From positions 39,323,923-39,387,922 of the forward strand of contig NC_085844.1 of NCBI RefSeq assembly GCF_035594765.1: DNA of 64,000 nt, read 5' to 3'. A program made the translations under genes and the position numbers. The notes below the pieces were generated by a model. That model made no database searches, had not been told where the DNA came from, and saw nothing but the letters and a program-made list of their open reading frames with translations. Below, piece by piece: positions 14,401 through 24,811 of the stretch (position 1 is the stretch's first letter; each line of letters opens with the position of its first letter). This stretch comes from Anolis carolinensis (taxonomy: Eukaryota).

Positions 14401-14537
14401 ATGAAAGCAATCTGATGTTTCTACTTACCGCAGGAGGAATACAAAATGTCTAGGTCATCTGATCTGCAAAGCAGGTGTTTTTCCCCTGCTGCAGAAAATC
14501 CACAAACAGAAAGGATCAAAATAGCAAGCAGGAACAT
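4826..14537 (-). CDS. LY96: Lymphocyte antigen 96 (MD-2, TLR4 co-receptor), complement(join(4826..4924,7309..7361,9633..9761,11789..11875,14429..14537)), 158 aa
   Basis: Five GT-AG exons (109+87+129+53+99=477 nt) join in frame: MFLLAILILSVCGFSAAGEKHLLCRSDDLDILYSSCGPGAAMFSFTVEPCSLKVSVWRGRMFWIPKADITILTARIHIWHETLHVFKWKATLCHGVDDDYTFCGALKGETINTTMRISGAQPTYLQGEYTAVFEAFSGHFEELIACMNYTLKIKQKLY*. It has a signal peptide, the CxGxDDDYxFCxALKGET motif and six conserved Cys. It lies downstream of TMEM70, as in other amniotes. Confidence 0.95.
7309..7361 (-). CDS. LY96: LY96 exon 4 (ETINTTMRISGAQPTYLQ)
   Basis: Acceptor CTGCAG|; donor CAG|GTACAT; 53 nt; NTT sequon. Confidence 0.9.
8785..8862. repeat. (CT)n/(CTAT)n microsatellite
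   Basis: Direct inspection. Confidence 0.95.
9633..9761 (-). CDS. LY96: LY96 exon 3 (...LCHGVDDDYTFCGALKG)
   Basis: Acceptor TTTACAG|; donor G|GTAAGC; 129 nt; contains the MD-2 signature motif. Confidence 0.96.
11379..11413. repeat. (TTG)n microsatellite
   Basis: Direct inspection. Confidence 0.95.
11789..11875 (-). CDS. LY96: LY96 exon 2 (...VEPCSLK...FWIP)
   Basis: Acceptor CATAG|; donor A|GTAAGT; 87 nt. Confidence 0.9.
13091..13413. mobile_element. Tc1/mariner-type MITE in LY96 intron 1
   Basis: TIR CAGTAGAGTCTCACTTATCCAAC; TA TSD. Confidence 0.9.
14429..14537 (-). CDS. LY96: LY96 coding exon 1 (signal peptide to ...YSSC)
   Basis: ATG at 14537; donor G|GTAAGT; phase 1. Confidence 0.93.
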
Positions 14538-14594
14538 GTTTACTTATCTTTAAGCCATTTTAAAAGAAGTCAAAGAGAAGGTTATGCTACGTTG

Positions 14595-14878
14595 CTTCAC
14601 TTTCGGTTAAGAGGAACAAAGTCACCCTTAGTCATCCTCAGACATGTGATTTCTTCAATTGGGGAAGAACATTTAGTCTAAAACTAATATAGGATATAAA
14701 TATCTACATGAAAACATTTCCTCCCCTTGATTCATTTTCTTTTTCAGAAAGATGTTGCATATCACCTATGGGAAATTTAATTTAATGTGTGTAAAGCTAC
14801 ATTTGTGGTTTTCCACAAATAAATTGTAATAGGAAAAGCTATTAACATTTCAGGTGGAAAGCAATGAAGGAAGTGAAA
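14595..14878. promoter_or_regulatory. LY96 proximal promoter: IRF/ISRE-like site, PU.1/ETS core and Ets-IRF composite element
   Basis: AACCGAAAGTGAAG (minus, 14595-14608) next to GAGGAA (14611-14616), about 60-80 bp upstream of the ATG; GGAAGTGAAA (EICE consensus GGAAnnGAAA) at 14869-14878. Confidence 0.55.
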
Positions 14879-15992
14879 GATTGCACCCAAAACATGCAAA
14901 TTTACTGAGCAGGAAAAACTGCCAGTAAGAAATATGTGGCTGATAAGACACAGTGAACAAGGGCCATTGTATCTCTAGTGCTCATAACTATATAGAAACA
15001 TTTATATTTTCCCTGAAGAGATTTATATTTTAAAAAATTGCTGCAGGAAAATATTCTCACTGTGAAAATTATGAAATGTCTTCAGTCATATCAGTGAAAA
15101 GTACTATGATATTTCTTTTTAAAACCTTGGTCTTGAAATAAAATCCCTGAGCACACATTTCCTCTTGCAACTATGACTTGCAGGGGCCACACAATACAAT
15201 GGTTATCAGTGCTACTCATTATTGCAATGCTTCATGGGGCAAAGAACATTGAAACATATGATTAATGTCACACTGGCAAAAACAAAGCAGGCACAAATTC
15301 TTGAGTTCATTCGCTTTATCTTGAATGTTATAAACATGGTTGAAACTTTTTTTAGGCTCCATTGATGCTGTAAGTCAGGCAACGGGTCCCTCTAGTGGCA
15401 TCTATAGAAATAAGCTCTTTTATACAGAGAGAAATGCTAGAGCAGTGTGACCTGCCCAAGATCACCCAGTAGGTTTCTGTGCCGGAATGAGAATTCAAAG
15501 CCAGATCTCACCCAAGACTCAAATCACTACACCATGCTGGCAAAGCACCTTGTGTACAAAATGCTGGGCTAGATAGCATTTTAGTTTGATTTAGTGTCTC
15601 TTAATTTTTATCTTCATTTGGATGTTTGGCTTAGAAAATAGTTAATGGCCTACTGAGGAGACAAAATGGGATATACTGTATAGAAGTATGTACAGTGTAA
15701 AAAAGGCAGTTGGGTACTCTTCTCCTTCATAATATTGGATTTCAGGTTTATGCAGTAAAACTGAATGGTGGCAGATAAAGAGAAGTACTTAATACATTGT
15801 GTAGTTAAAACTACAATTCAATACCATGAGATGTAGCAATTGCTGATAAGTGAGACGACTTTAAAAGGGATTTTAAAAGATGCCTTTTGTAATTCTACAT
15901 AATCCATTTTTATTCTCTATAAGATCTCTGTACATTGGTGTTATCAGCATATTTATCTACCTCAGTCCTAGCTCCAGATCACTTATCAATGA

Positions 15993-16003
15993 GATAGATA
16001 GAC

Positions 16004-16056
<53 letters not shown>
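15993..16056. repeat. (GATA)n microsatellite
   Basis: Direct inspection. Confidence 0.95.
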
Positions 16057-16399
16057 TGCATTCAAACAAACATCTTTGGGATCTTTGTGAAAAACGATAA
16101 TTTATTCTGCATTTTGTTCTAAAATAAACAACACATGTTTATTTAATTAACAAGTATTGTGGAACTATGAAGCTCACTCATTCTATGGCAAAAAAAGTAA
16201 GAGTACCAGATAGCATGTGCTATATTTCTTCAATTATAAGGCACACTTTTTTCCCTATATAATATAAATATCTCTAAAAATAGGGTGGATCTTAGATTCG
16301 CAGGTATCTCTTATGTATTTTTGTTGGTGGTGGTGGTACAACTGAAATAAGGGTATGTCTTACAATCACTGATTTTTTCCCCATGCCAGAAACTTCAGA

Positions 16400-16657
16400 A
16401 ACTGCAAGTCGCTTCTGTTGTGAGAGAATTGGCTGTCTGCAAGGACGTTGCCCAGGGGACATCCAGATGATTGATGTTTTTACCATCCTTGTGGGAGGCT
16501 TCTCTCATGTCCTCGTATGGGGAGCTGGAGTTGACAGAAAAAGCTCATCTGTGCTCTTCCCAGATTCAAACCAGCAACCTTCAGGTCAGCAACCCAACCT
16601 TCAAGTCAGCAGTCTTGTCGACACAAAGATTTAATCCACTGTGCCACTGGGGGCTCC
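16400..16657 (-). mobile_element. SINE of another family (sister copy about 31205-31435)
   Basis: Shared GAGAGAATTGGCTGTCTGCA...GCCCAGGGGAC core and tRNA-like head on the minus strand. Confidence 0.65.
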
Positions 16658-17999
16658 GTACAATGGAAGAAATAAGGTGTTTCAAACTGCTAGTTCCCTC
16701 TTAACAAATCCTTTGGGTTCCACTATCACATCCCAGATTTTATTAACAAGATAATTTAACTTCGTTTTTAGAATCACAAAGTATTCATTTGTTTTATCCA
16801 TCATAGTATTATCAAAAAGACGATCACTTCTGAACAGACAATATGACCTCATATGTGCACTTTCATAATGTCATTATGTCCAGAGCAGCAAAAGTTTAAA
16901 TCTGTGATGTGGACTAAAGTCCACTTATGTCAGTTACAGGAAATGCTTGGCCTCCATGCACATTCATCCAACTATAGCAAAAAAAATGTAAATGGCTTGA
17001 TAAAGTTATCGTTTAGAGGTACATGAACATTGCTAAAATAATAATCCATGTGTATTGTCCTCCGGCTGAGACCTCAAGTATCTTAAGACTCCACAACATC
17101 TTAAGTGTATTAAAAGCAGAGGTGAGAACTGTGCAACCCTCCAAATGTTGTTGGATTGCAAATCCTACCAACCCTAGTAAGTGTAGTCAATGGTAAGGAA
17201 ATCTAGGGGCAGTTGTAATACCAGCCATTCAGAACACCACTCATTAAATGTAAGCAACAGGTGCCATTTAGGTCTTTGCACTGCAGTGTGTGGAATATCT
17301 ATATATTTCTTTCATTAGTCAAAACAGGCAATAAACACTCTAATACTAAACAGATCTGTTTGGTAGCAAATCTCCCAAACCTATATTGAGCTGAGCGTTG
17401 GTTGATCTGGAAATCTGAATTTCAAATGGTTCTTTTGCTATTCCCAGCTTCCTGACATCTGCTATTCACGTCATAATTTCAGAGATGGCACGTAAGAGCT
17501 CTGTTCTACCACACATGGAGCTTCTCAGGAAGAGGTAGAAGCAAGCTCTCCATGCAACTGGACCTGAAAGCTTTGGGTGTGTTTATGTGCGAGGGAGGTG
17601 TGAATATGTGTGTGCGTGTGTGTTTCAAGAATATGCACAGAAGATATTGCTGTAACAAAACAACTTTGGTTGGCAAAGTTCTTGGAGAGAAGGCATAAAC
17701 AGATGCCAAAAGCAAAGGCAGTTTAAGGAGACAAGGGAGATGTGTGTAATTGGAAGAGGAATTTATCCTGAAGTGCCTTTGCCTGCCCTCTAATGTTTGA
17801 AGCCTACAAACAAATACTGAGAACAGAAAGTTCAAACACGCTTAAATGAATCGTGTAAACCCTTGTCATGATCACCTTCCACTTGAAAATGTATGTCCTC
17901 ATTGTAACAGGCCAAAATCGTGTTTTACAGTCACTTACAGACCCACTGCCAATAATCTACCTTTGGAAAACAATTATCCTGGGCCACAAGGGGTTGCCT

Positions 18000-18031
<32 letters not shown>
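18000..18031. repeat. (ATG)n microsatellite
   Basis: Direct inspection; explains the poly-D and poly-M ORFs. Confidence 0.95.
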
Positions 18032-18223
18032 CAATCACAACTCCAGAATTATCCAAACAGCTGTTGTAATTATCATGTACTGCATTTTACTTCCTGGGAG
18101 TCGTGTTTTTGCAGAATTTATATATCATCAGACATAAAATGAAGGCATTCAACAATTTTGAGAACTCAAGACAAATGTTTATACACAGGTACAAATTATT
18201 TCCCTACAAACAAAAACAAAAAA

Positions 18224-18431
18224 GGGTTGTTGTATGTCTTTCGGGCTGTGTGGCCATGTTCCAGAAGCATTCTCTCCTGACGTTTCGCCCACATCTATGG
18301 CAGGCAACCTCTGAGGATGCCTGCCATAGATGTGGGCGAAACGTCAGGAGAGAATGCTTCTGGAACATGGCCACACAGCCCGAAAGACATACAACAACCC
18401 TGTGATCCCGGCCATGAAAGCCTTCGACAAC
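18224..18431 (+). mobile_element. Penelope-like element remnant with inverted pseudo-LTR (palindrome)
   Basis: 83-bp perfect inverted arms (18224-18306 and 18318-18400); 14-bp direct repeat ACAAAAACAAAAAA on both sides; homologous to the PLE termini at 39150-39925. Confidence 0.88.
18308..18352 (+). ncRNA. Minimal type I hammerhead ribozyme motif (Penelope-associated)
   Basis: CCT-CTGAGGA-T-GCCTGC/CATAGAT/GTGGGC-GAAAC-GTC-AGG: core boxes, 6-bp stem II, palindromic ACGT stem III, predicted cleavage after C18345. Confidence 0.75.
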
Positions 18432-19033
18432 ACAAAAACAAAAAAAATGGATCAATAAACTGTTCCAATAAATCTGCTGCATTCTGTCATGGTCTACAAT
18501 CAGGAGGATGGTTGCTAAGAGATACTGAAATTCTTAGTGGGTTCACGAAGTAATGTACAATAGACACATAGAAGTAAAGTGCAATAGACACTACTGCTAA
18601 CTCTAGCTCCAACATCAGTGTTAACTGTAATACGAAACCTGTGTATGTTGGAATTCTAATAGGGACTAGAAATTATTTCAAAATACACTTAATGTACTTT
18701 TAAAAATACTACTACATGAATGTAGAATTCATACACATTGTCATGAACACGCAAATGAACATTGAAAGATCCCTTTGTACAAAAAATATTGAATACATTA
18801 AAAAGCTTATGCCATAATATTGTTTTTCATCTTTATGGTTTTTGGTGCAACCGACTACTCCTCTGAAAAAAAAAGATTGAGTAAATTTAATGTTTATTTT
18901 AATTTGTAAACTATTTACAAATGCTGGAAAAATGCAATGAGATTTTTTGAAAACTTAGAAGGTGTGAAAAAAAATTGAACAGTCTGAACATATACAAACA
19001 CATAAAAATACAAACTTCTGAAAATTTACAATC

Positions 19034-19482
19034 TTATTTGTCTTCAATTGAATTTTTTGCCTCTTCCAAGTCAAATGTGAAGGGTTTATCATAGCCCATA
19101 AGATGGCTATAATCTTGGGGATATTGAAAAAGCAACGGGTTAACAAGCATTGATTTTGTTTTAGCATAAAATGTTGTGAACATCTTGCTGATGTTTGGAA
19201 TCTTCACATCCTTTTGATGGAACACAGTTTTCTTTTCAGCCAGAATAGCATTATATGTAATGGCTGTGTAGGTGTCTGTTTCAGCCTTATGGTACAGTCG
19301 GATTACGTAGCCTTTGGTAATAAAATGCAGAGTAACAGGCGTTATGAACGTAAAGAATCCTACTACACTGTAAAAGGCAATTTGCAAAGGAAGGCTGTCA
19401 AGACCCACACCGGTTTTGAGGAGGAGGATGGGCATCATGCAGCCGCTAAACATGCTGGTTGAATAAGAGAAGAACTTCACCC
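19034..19482 (-). CDS. TMEM70: TMEM70 exon 3
   Basis: Acceptor TTTTCAG|; TAA at 19034; AATAAA (minus) at 18893-18898. Confidence 0.97.
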
Positions 19483-22185
19483 CTGAAAAACAAAGAGAAG
19501 CAACAACTTAAGAGGCAGAAAATAGGTTTCAACATAATATATACTGTTGTCGTACATCTAGCACAGGGGTCCTTAAACTTTTTAAGCTGAGGGCCAGTCC
19601 ACAATCCTTCAGACTGTTGAAAGGCCAAATTATCATTTGGAAAAAAAAACCCACTGTAGATTAAGGGAAAGGAAACCAACTTTGGAAAACATTGGAAATA
19701 TTTTGTTGTATTGACTCACTAGCCCCACCCAAACTATTCATTACATTATCCATGTTGCATTGCCTTTACAGAAAATCTCAAGATTGATAAGAACATAACA
19801 TACAATTAAAAAAGTAATTAGAAAACATTATTCATTGCAATCACCCGAGTAACACATTTCTCACTAATTGTTTTGCTTTTCAAATGCAATTTCACAGTAT
19901 CTTTTCATCCTCCTGCCATTGCTTATAATCATTGTCTTCAAAGTCTGTGAGGAAATGTATCGGAGAATGGATGAAGCACTTGATTTATAGGATTATGCGA
20001 GGCCTCTCCTCATCAGAAAAAGCGCAATTGGTTAAGTTTGTGATCACAGTGATGAGTGGTGTCTTTTCCCACCATAATGGAGCAGATATTTAAATTTATT
20101 CAAACAGATGTACTCTCAGATTGTCTGCTTGTTTCAACACTACCTCCTTTTATACGTTTTAAAGATCTTTACTTATCACTATACTTACCTAACACGGCTC
20201 TTGCTAAATTTCCGCTATAAATTAATCTTCCATATTCAGGATTTTCATGCCGAGATGATGTGCTGAAGCAACAAAGCGCCTTCACATGGCAAAAGGGAAT
20301 CTTTAAGGTGAGAACAGCACAGGGCAAGTAAGTGACAGCATTCTGTATAATCATTGTTTATTGCTTATACAAACACAAACCGTGCATATACTGTTTTGTT
20401 TTTTTTTTGAGCTCTGAACAGAATCTCAGGCCAAGTGAACACTTTAACACAATGACCTTTGAAATAAAATCCATGACTTTTAAAAATATACAATCAGAGC
20501 ACATGTCCCTTAAAATACATTTTGCAAAATATAAGTGTAAAATCCAATAGGGCGTGAGGTCTTAGTATACTTCGGCCTAAAGAAATCTACTAAAATATTA
20601 TTATTATTTGTGTTGTCAAAGGCTTTTTATGGCCAGAATCACTGGTTTGATGCCGGCCACATGACCTTAGAGGTGTCTACGGACAATGCTGGCTCTTCGG
20701 CTTAGAAATGGAGATGAGCACCAACCCCCTTATAGTGGTATAGTACAACATAGTAATATATGATACTAATATTGTGCTATGCTAATAATCTATTATATAT
20801 ACATATAATATTGATAATATAATAATTGTATATTATATATTGCATGTAATATTACTAATAATATTGCAGTACACTGTTATAGTACAATATAGTAATATAT
20901 AATAGTAATATTGTGCTGTGCTAATAATATATTACATACACATATACTATTGATAATAATATAATGTAATACAATATACTACTAATAATACACTATAATA
21001 ATATATAATATTTAATATAGGAATACTAATATATTAAATATAATTACTACTGATAATATATAATGATATACTGTTTTATTATTGTATATTTGTATACAGT
21101 AGAGTCTCACTTATCCAAGCCTCACTTATCCAAGCCTCTGGATTATCCAAGCCATTTTTTTAGTCAATGTTTCCAATATATCGTGATATTTTGGTGCTAA
21201 ATTCGTAAATACAGTAATTACAACATAACATTACTGCATATTGAACTACTTTTTCTGTCAAATTTGTTGTATAACATGAAGTTTTGGTGCTTAATTTGTA
21301 AAATCATAACCTAATTTGATGTTTAATAGGCTTTTCCTTGATCAGTCCTTATAATCCAAGCTATTCGCTTATCCAAGCTTCTGCCGGCCCGTTTAGCTTG
21401 GATAAGTGAGACTCTACTGTATTTTAAGTTGTAATTTTTTTTATTGTGAGCCGCTTTTGAGTCTCTGTATGGAGCCCCAGTAGCGAAGTGTGTTAAAGCG
21501 CTGAGTTGCTGAACTTGCAGACCGAATGGTCCCAGGAGCAGAGTGAGCGCCCGCTGTTAGCTCCAGTTTCTGCCAACCTAGCAATTCGAAAACAGGCCAA
21601 TGTGAGTAGATCAATAGGTACCGCTCCGGCGGGAAGGTAACGGTGCTCCATGCAGTCATGCCGGCCACATGACCTTGGGGGTGTCTATGGACAACCCTGG
21701 CTCTTCGGCTTAGAAATGGAGATGAGCAGCAACCCCCAGAGTCAGACATGACTGGACTTAACGTCAGGGGAAACCTTTACCTTATGAAGCTAAAGCAGGA
21801 TATAAATATAAAGACTTTAACTGCCATGGCTGAGTGCTATGAAACCCAGGGAGTTGTGGTTTGTTGATGCACCAGAACTCTTTGGCAGAGAAGGTTACAG
21901 AGCTTTTAAAACTACAACTCCCATGATCCCACAGCATTGAGCCATGGCGGTGCCAAACCGCATGGATTCTACAGTGCAGATGCGCCCAGAGACAGCCTTC
22001 CTTCCTTCCTTCTCCCTGGGCAGCACCTGCTCCTCCTTCTTCGTCGCCGCGATCAAGGTCCCAGGCAGGCTGCGAAGGGACGGGCTGCTCCTCTCCCTGG
22101 CTGCCAGGAAAAGGCGCCGAGAGCCGCGCAGCCACGGCTTCAAGCCCGGCGAGGCCCGGCAGCCCAGCGCGGCCAGGAGAGGCAT
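19034..22185 (-). CDS. TMEM70: Transmembrane protein 70, mitochondrial (ATP synthase assembly factor), complement(join(19034..19482,20189..20300,22027..22185)), 239 aa
   Basis: 159+112+449=720 nt in frame. Arg-rich transit peptide [24 protein letters not shown], then [24 protein letters not shown]...[18 protein letters not shown]...[16 protein letters not shown]...HLMGYDKPF. Confidence 0.97.
20189..20300 (-). CDS. TMEM70: TMEM70 exon 2
   Basis: Acceptor CTTAAAG|; donor G|GTAAGT; encodes [15 protein letters not shown]. Confidence 0.9.
20730..21095. repeat. AT-rich low-complexity degenerate tandem duplication
   Basis: ATAGTACAA..TAGTAATATA...ATTGTGCT.TGCTAATAAT block repeated at about 20740 and 20878. 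Confidence 0.8.
21097..21419. mobile_element. Tc1/mariner-type MITE in TMEM70 intron 1
   Basis: Same TIR family; TA TSD. Confidence 0.9.
21473..21783 (+). mobile_element. Sauria SINE
   Basis: tRNA-like head, conserved core, ACCTTTACCTT tail. Confidence 0.85.
22027..22185 (-). CDS. TMEM70: TMEM70 exon 1
   Basis: CpG-rich; ATG at 22185; donor CAG|GTGCTG (weak), phase 0. Confidence 0.8.
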
Positions 22186-22424
22186 CTCCGGTTCACTCGC
22201 AGACTGAGCTCCGGCCAAGAAGCAGGAAGGACTCGCCGCCGCCTTCTCAAGCTCACTTCCCTTCCCTTCCACATCAGCAGGAGGAGCTTTCAAGCTCTGG
22301 CCCACCCAGCGCTTTGGACTTCATCTCCCAGAAGCCCTTGCTATTGTCCGAAACTGCTGAAGCTTCTGGGAGTCGAAGTCCAAAACTCCTGCAGGACTGG
22401 CGTTTAAGAATTAGTGCTACACTA

Positions 22425-22690
22425 CTAGCTTGGGGACCCGGCGTGCCCGGGTTATTTGAAAAGGGCATGGTTTGTTTTTGGATGTTAGGTAACATAATTT
22501 ATGTAATCTGCAATTACAGATATGTATTGTTCCAAAATGTGAAAAAAATAATAAACCCTGGGGAGAAAAACATTTATGGTAAGTGGGATAATCAACATGG
22601 ATTTTAATCTTGGATATGTTTAAAATATTATATAATGTGATTTTATTTTGTAATGGTATCTGCTTTTATATGAATTGTTTTGTACACAAA
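22425..22690 (-). mobile_element. Helitron 3' terminal remnant (second family) upstream of TMEM70
   Basis: Minus strand reads ACCCGGGCACGCCGGGT hairpin, then CCCCAAG-CTAG|T. Confidence 0.65.
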
Positions 22691-23216
22691 ACATGGCCAC
22701 ACAGCCCGAAAGACATACAACAACCCTGTTTTGTACACTGTTTGTTTGTTTGTTTATTTATTTACAGCATTTATATTCCGCCCTTCTCACCCCGAAGGGG
22801 ACTCAGGGCGGATCACATTGCACACATAAAGGCAAACATTCAATGCCATAACATAGAACAGAGACAAGACGCAGGCACGGGCTGGCCTCGAACTCATGAC
22901 CTCTTGGTCAGAGTGATTTGTTGCAGCTGGCTTACTATCCAGCTTGCGCCTATTTATTGTAAGCCGCCTTGAGTCCCCCCCATCCCCCCCGGGAGAAAGG
23001 CGGGGTAAAAATGATGTAAATAAATAAATAAATAAACATAGCATTCTGTCCAACTGTCTACAAACACCATACTTTTGATAACCACAAGGGTTGAATGAAA
23101 AGTAATGCCTCCACTTTCGATACTTGGGTTTGGATGGGAATATTTTAATAAATCAATCTCAGAAATAATCCTTAGAATGTGCTCTTTAACTACCACTGTT
23201 CGCTTTTCCACATAAT

Positions 23217-23479
23217 CAGGGCCGTAGCCAGGAAAAAAAATTCGGGAGGGGTTTTGAAAATTTTGGGGAGGGTTGAACCCCTACCACCCCCACCCACCCC
23301 CCGCTACAAACCTGTCAATATCTGCTTGAGATAGTGCCTGGAGGGACTCTTAATGTTTTACGTCTCATAGACTTAGCATGGGGATTTGGTGAACTAGTTA
23401 AAATTCATGAGTAAACCAGGGTTTTTTTATAACCTGAAAAAATTCAGGGAGGGGGGTTGAACCCCTTGCTACAGGCCTG
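23217..23479. mobile_element. hAT-type MITE nested in the mariner
   Basis: CAGG...CCTG ends with 8-bp TSD CACATAAT. Confidence 0.8.
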
Positions 23480-23800
23480 CACATAATCACCAGACAATTG
23501 GATGCATTTCTGCCAACAATGAAGAAGTTTTTTGAAGCTGTCACGGAAGAAGACGACACTGTTTCCGCAACCAGCGTCTCAGTTTTCTCAACGTCTTCAT
23601 CAGAAGCATAATGATGTCCCCGCAGATCTTTCATTATCGGGAACAGATGGATTGTCTGATTAATCTCTTTTGGGGTGACACCTTCTGCTGTCAAGAATTC
23701 AATGACTGCACGTTGCTTAAGTCGCATTGACCGACTGTCTGTGCAGGGTTCCATACTTCACACTTTAACAGCACAGCCGTTCAATGCTAAGGCTTCCTGC

Positions 23801-24082
23801 CAGGCCCGTGGCCAGGATTTTGATTCGGGGGGCTGAGATTTTGATTCGGGGGGGGGGGCTGAGTCTGGGTGAGGGGGGATACCCTAGCAAACCTTTCGTA
23901 TTGTTATCCCAATACCCCCATGCATATGGGATATATTGAGCATGGTGATCAGATCATGATATGAATAAAAATAACAGTTTAAATAATAAATATAAGGCCT
24001 TCTCGCGGACCATCCTGAGAATTTCGGGGGATGGGTGTGTGGATGAAGCCCCTCAAGCCCCTCCCCCCCGGCTAGATGCCTG
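23801..24082. mobile_element. Related MITE nested in the mariner
   Basis: CAGGCCCGTGGCC...GGCTAGATGCCTG imperfect TIRs; no TSD visible. Confidence 0.55.
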
Positions 24083-24811
24083 TGGAGTCTTCTGCACAAG
24101 CCAGTACCTACCGCATATCAGTAGTGCCATCTGTTGAGGAGTTACGAAGGTGGAGGCATTACTTTTCATTCAACCCTCGTAATTCCTTAAATCTAAAAAA
24201 AAAAGTTATAAAAAATGTCCTAGATTTTTCTCTAATGGATTCAGAATTTATTCACTTTAGCCAGTTCATTCAATTTTAACATAGGTGAGACTTGATTTTT
24301 TTCCAGATCAGAGCATGTAGCTGCCATGATTATATACTGAAATATTCTTCTATGACGTCTTTCCGGTTGTTCAGCCATATCTCTGAAAAGAAACGGTTCT
24401 GGTTTTAGGTGTATGCTAATCTCCAAAATCCTCTGAATCAGAAGTATTTAAACCCAGCACTTTTTTTGAGTTTTCATATGCCCACCATATATGATAAAAT
24501 GTCCCTTCTTGTTGGTCACATTTCCAACACGTATGTGAAACTCCCTTATACATTCTGGAGTTCAGCCTTAATGTCACTCACGATCTATTATATTGAAGAG
24601 AAAAGGCTGCAGTTCTTCATTGTACATAAGCACACTGCACTCTTATTATTTATTTATATAGCACAAATAATGTGCATGGCATGTTACTAGTAAAACAATT
24701 AAAAACAGCAGGTCCTGCCAAAGGTGGACAATGTAATATGTGTGCATATTATGAAGTATTAATTTAAAATTATACAATTGTAAAACTATTTCTCCAGATA
24801 AAACACACCAA

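Larger units (their letters stand above)
23085..24179 (-). mobile_element. Internally deleted mariner transposon with two nested non-autonomous insertions
   Basis: About 28-bp TIRs (GGGTTGAATGAAAAGTAATGCCTCCAC); transposase remnants KQRAVIEFLTAEGVTPKEI and LRGHHYASDEDV. Confidence 0.85.

Noticed and set aside
17846-18142. Poly-Asp / poly-Met ORFs
   Set aside because: Translation of an (ATG)n microsatellite.
18270-18317. Second hammerhead on the minus strand of the palindrome
   Set aside because: The core reads CAGAGGT rather than CTGANGA, so it should be catalytically dead.
21782-22407. Several overlapping 87-156 aa ORFs
   Set aside because: By-products of the TMEM70 CpG island; only the minus frame from ATG 22185 splices into TMEM70.
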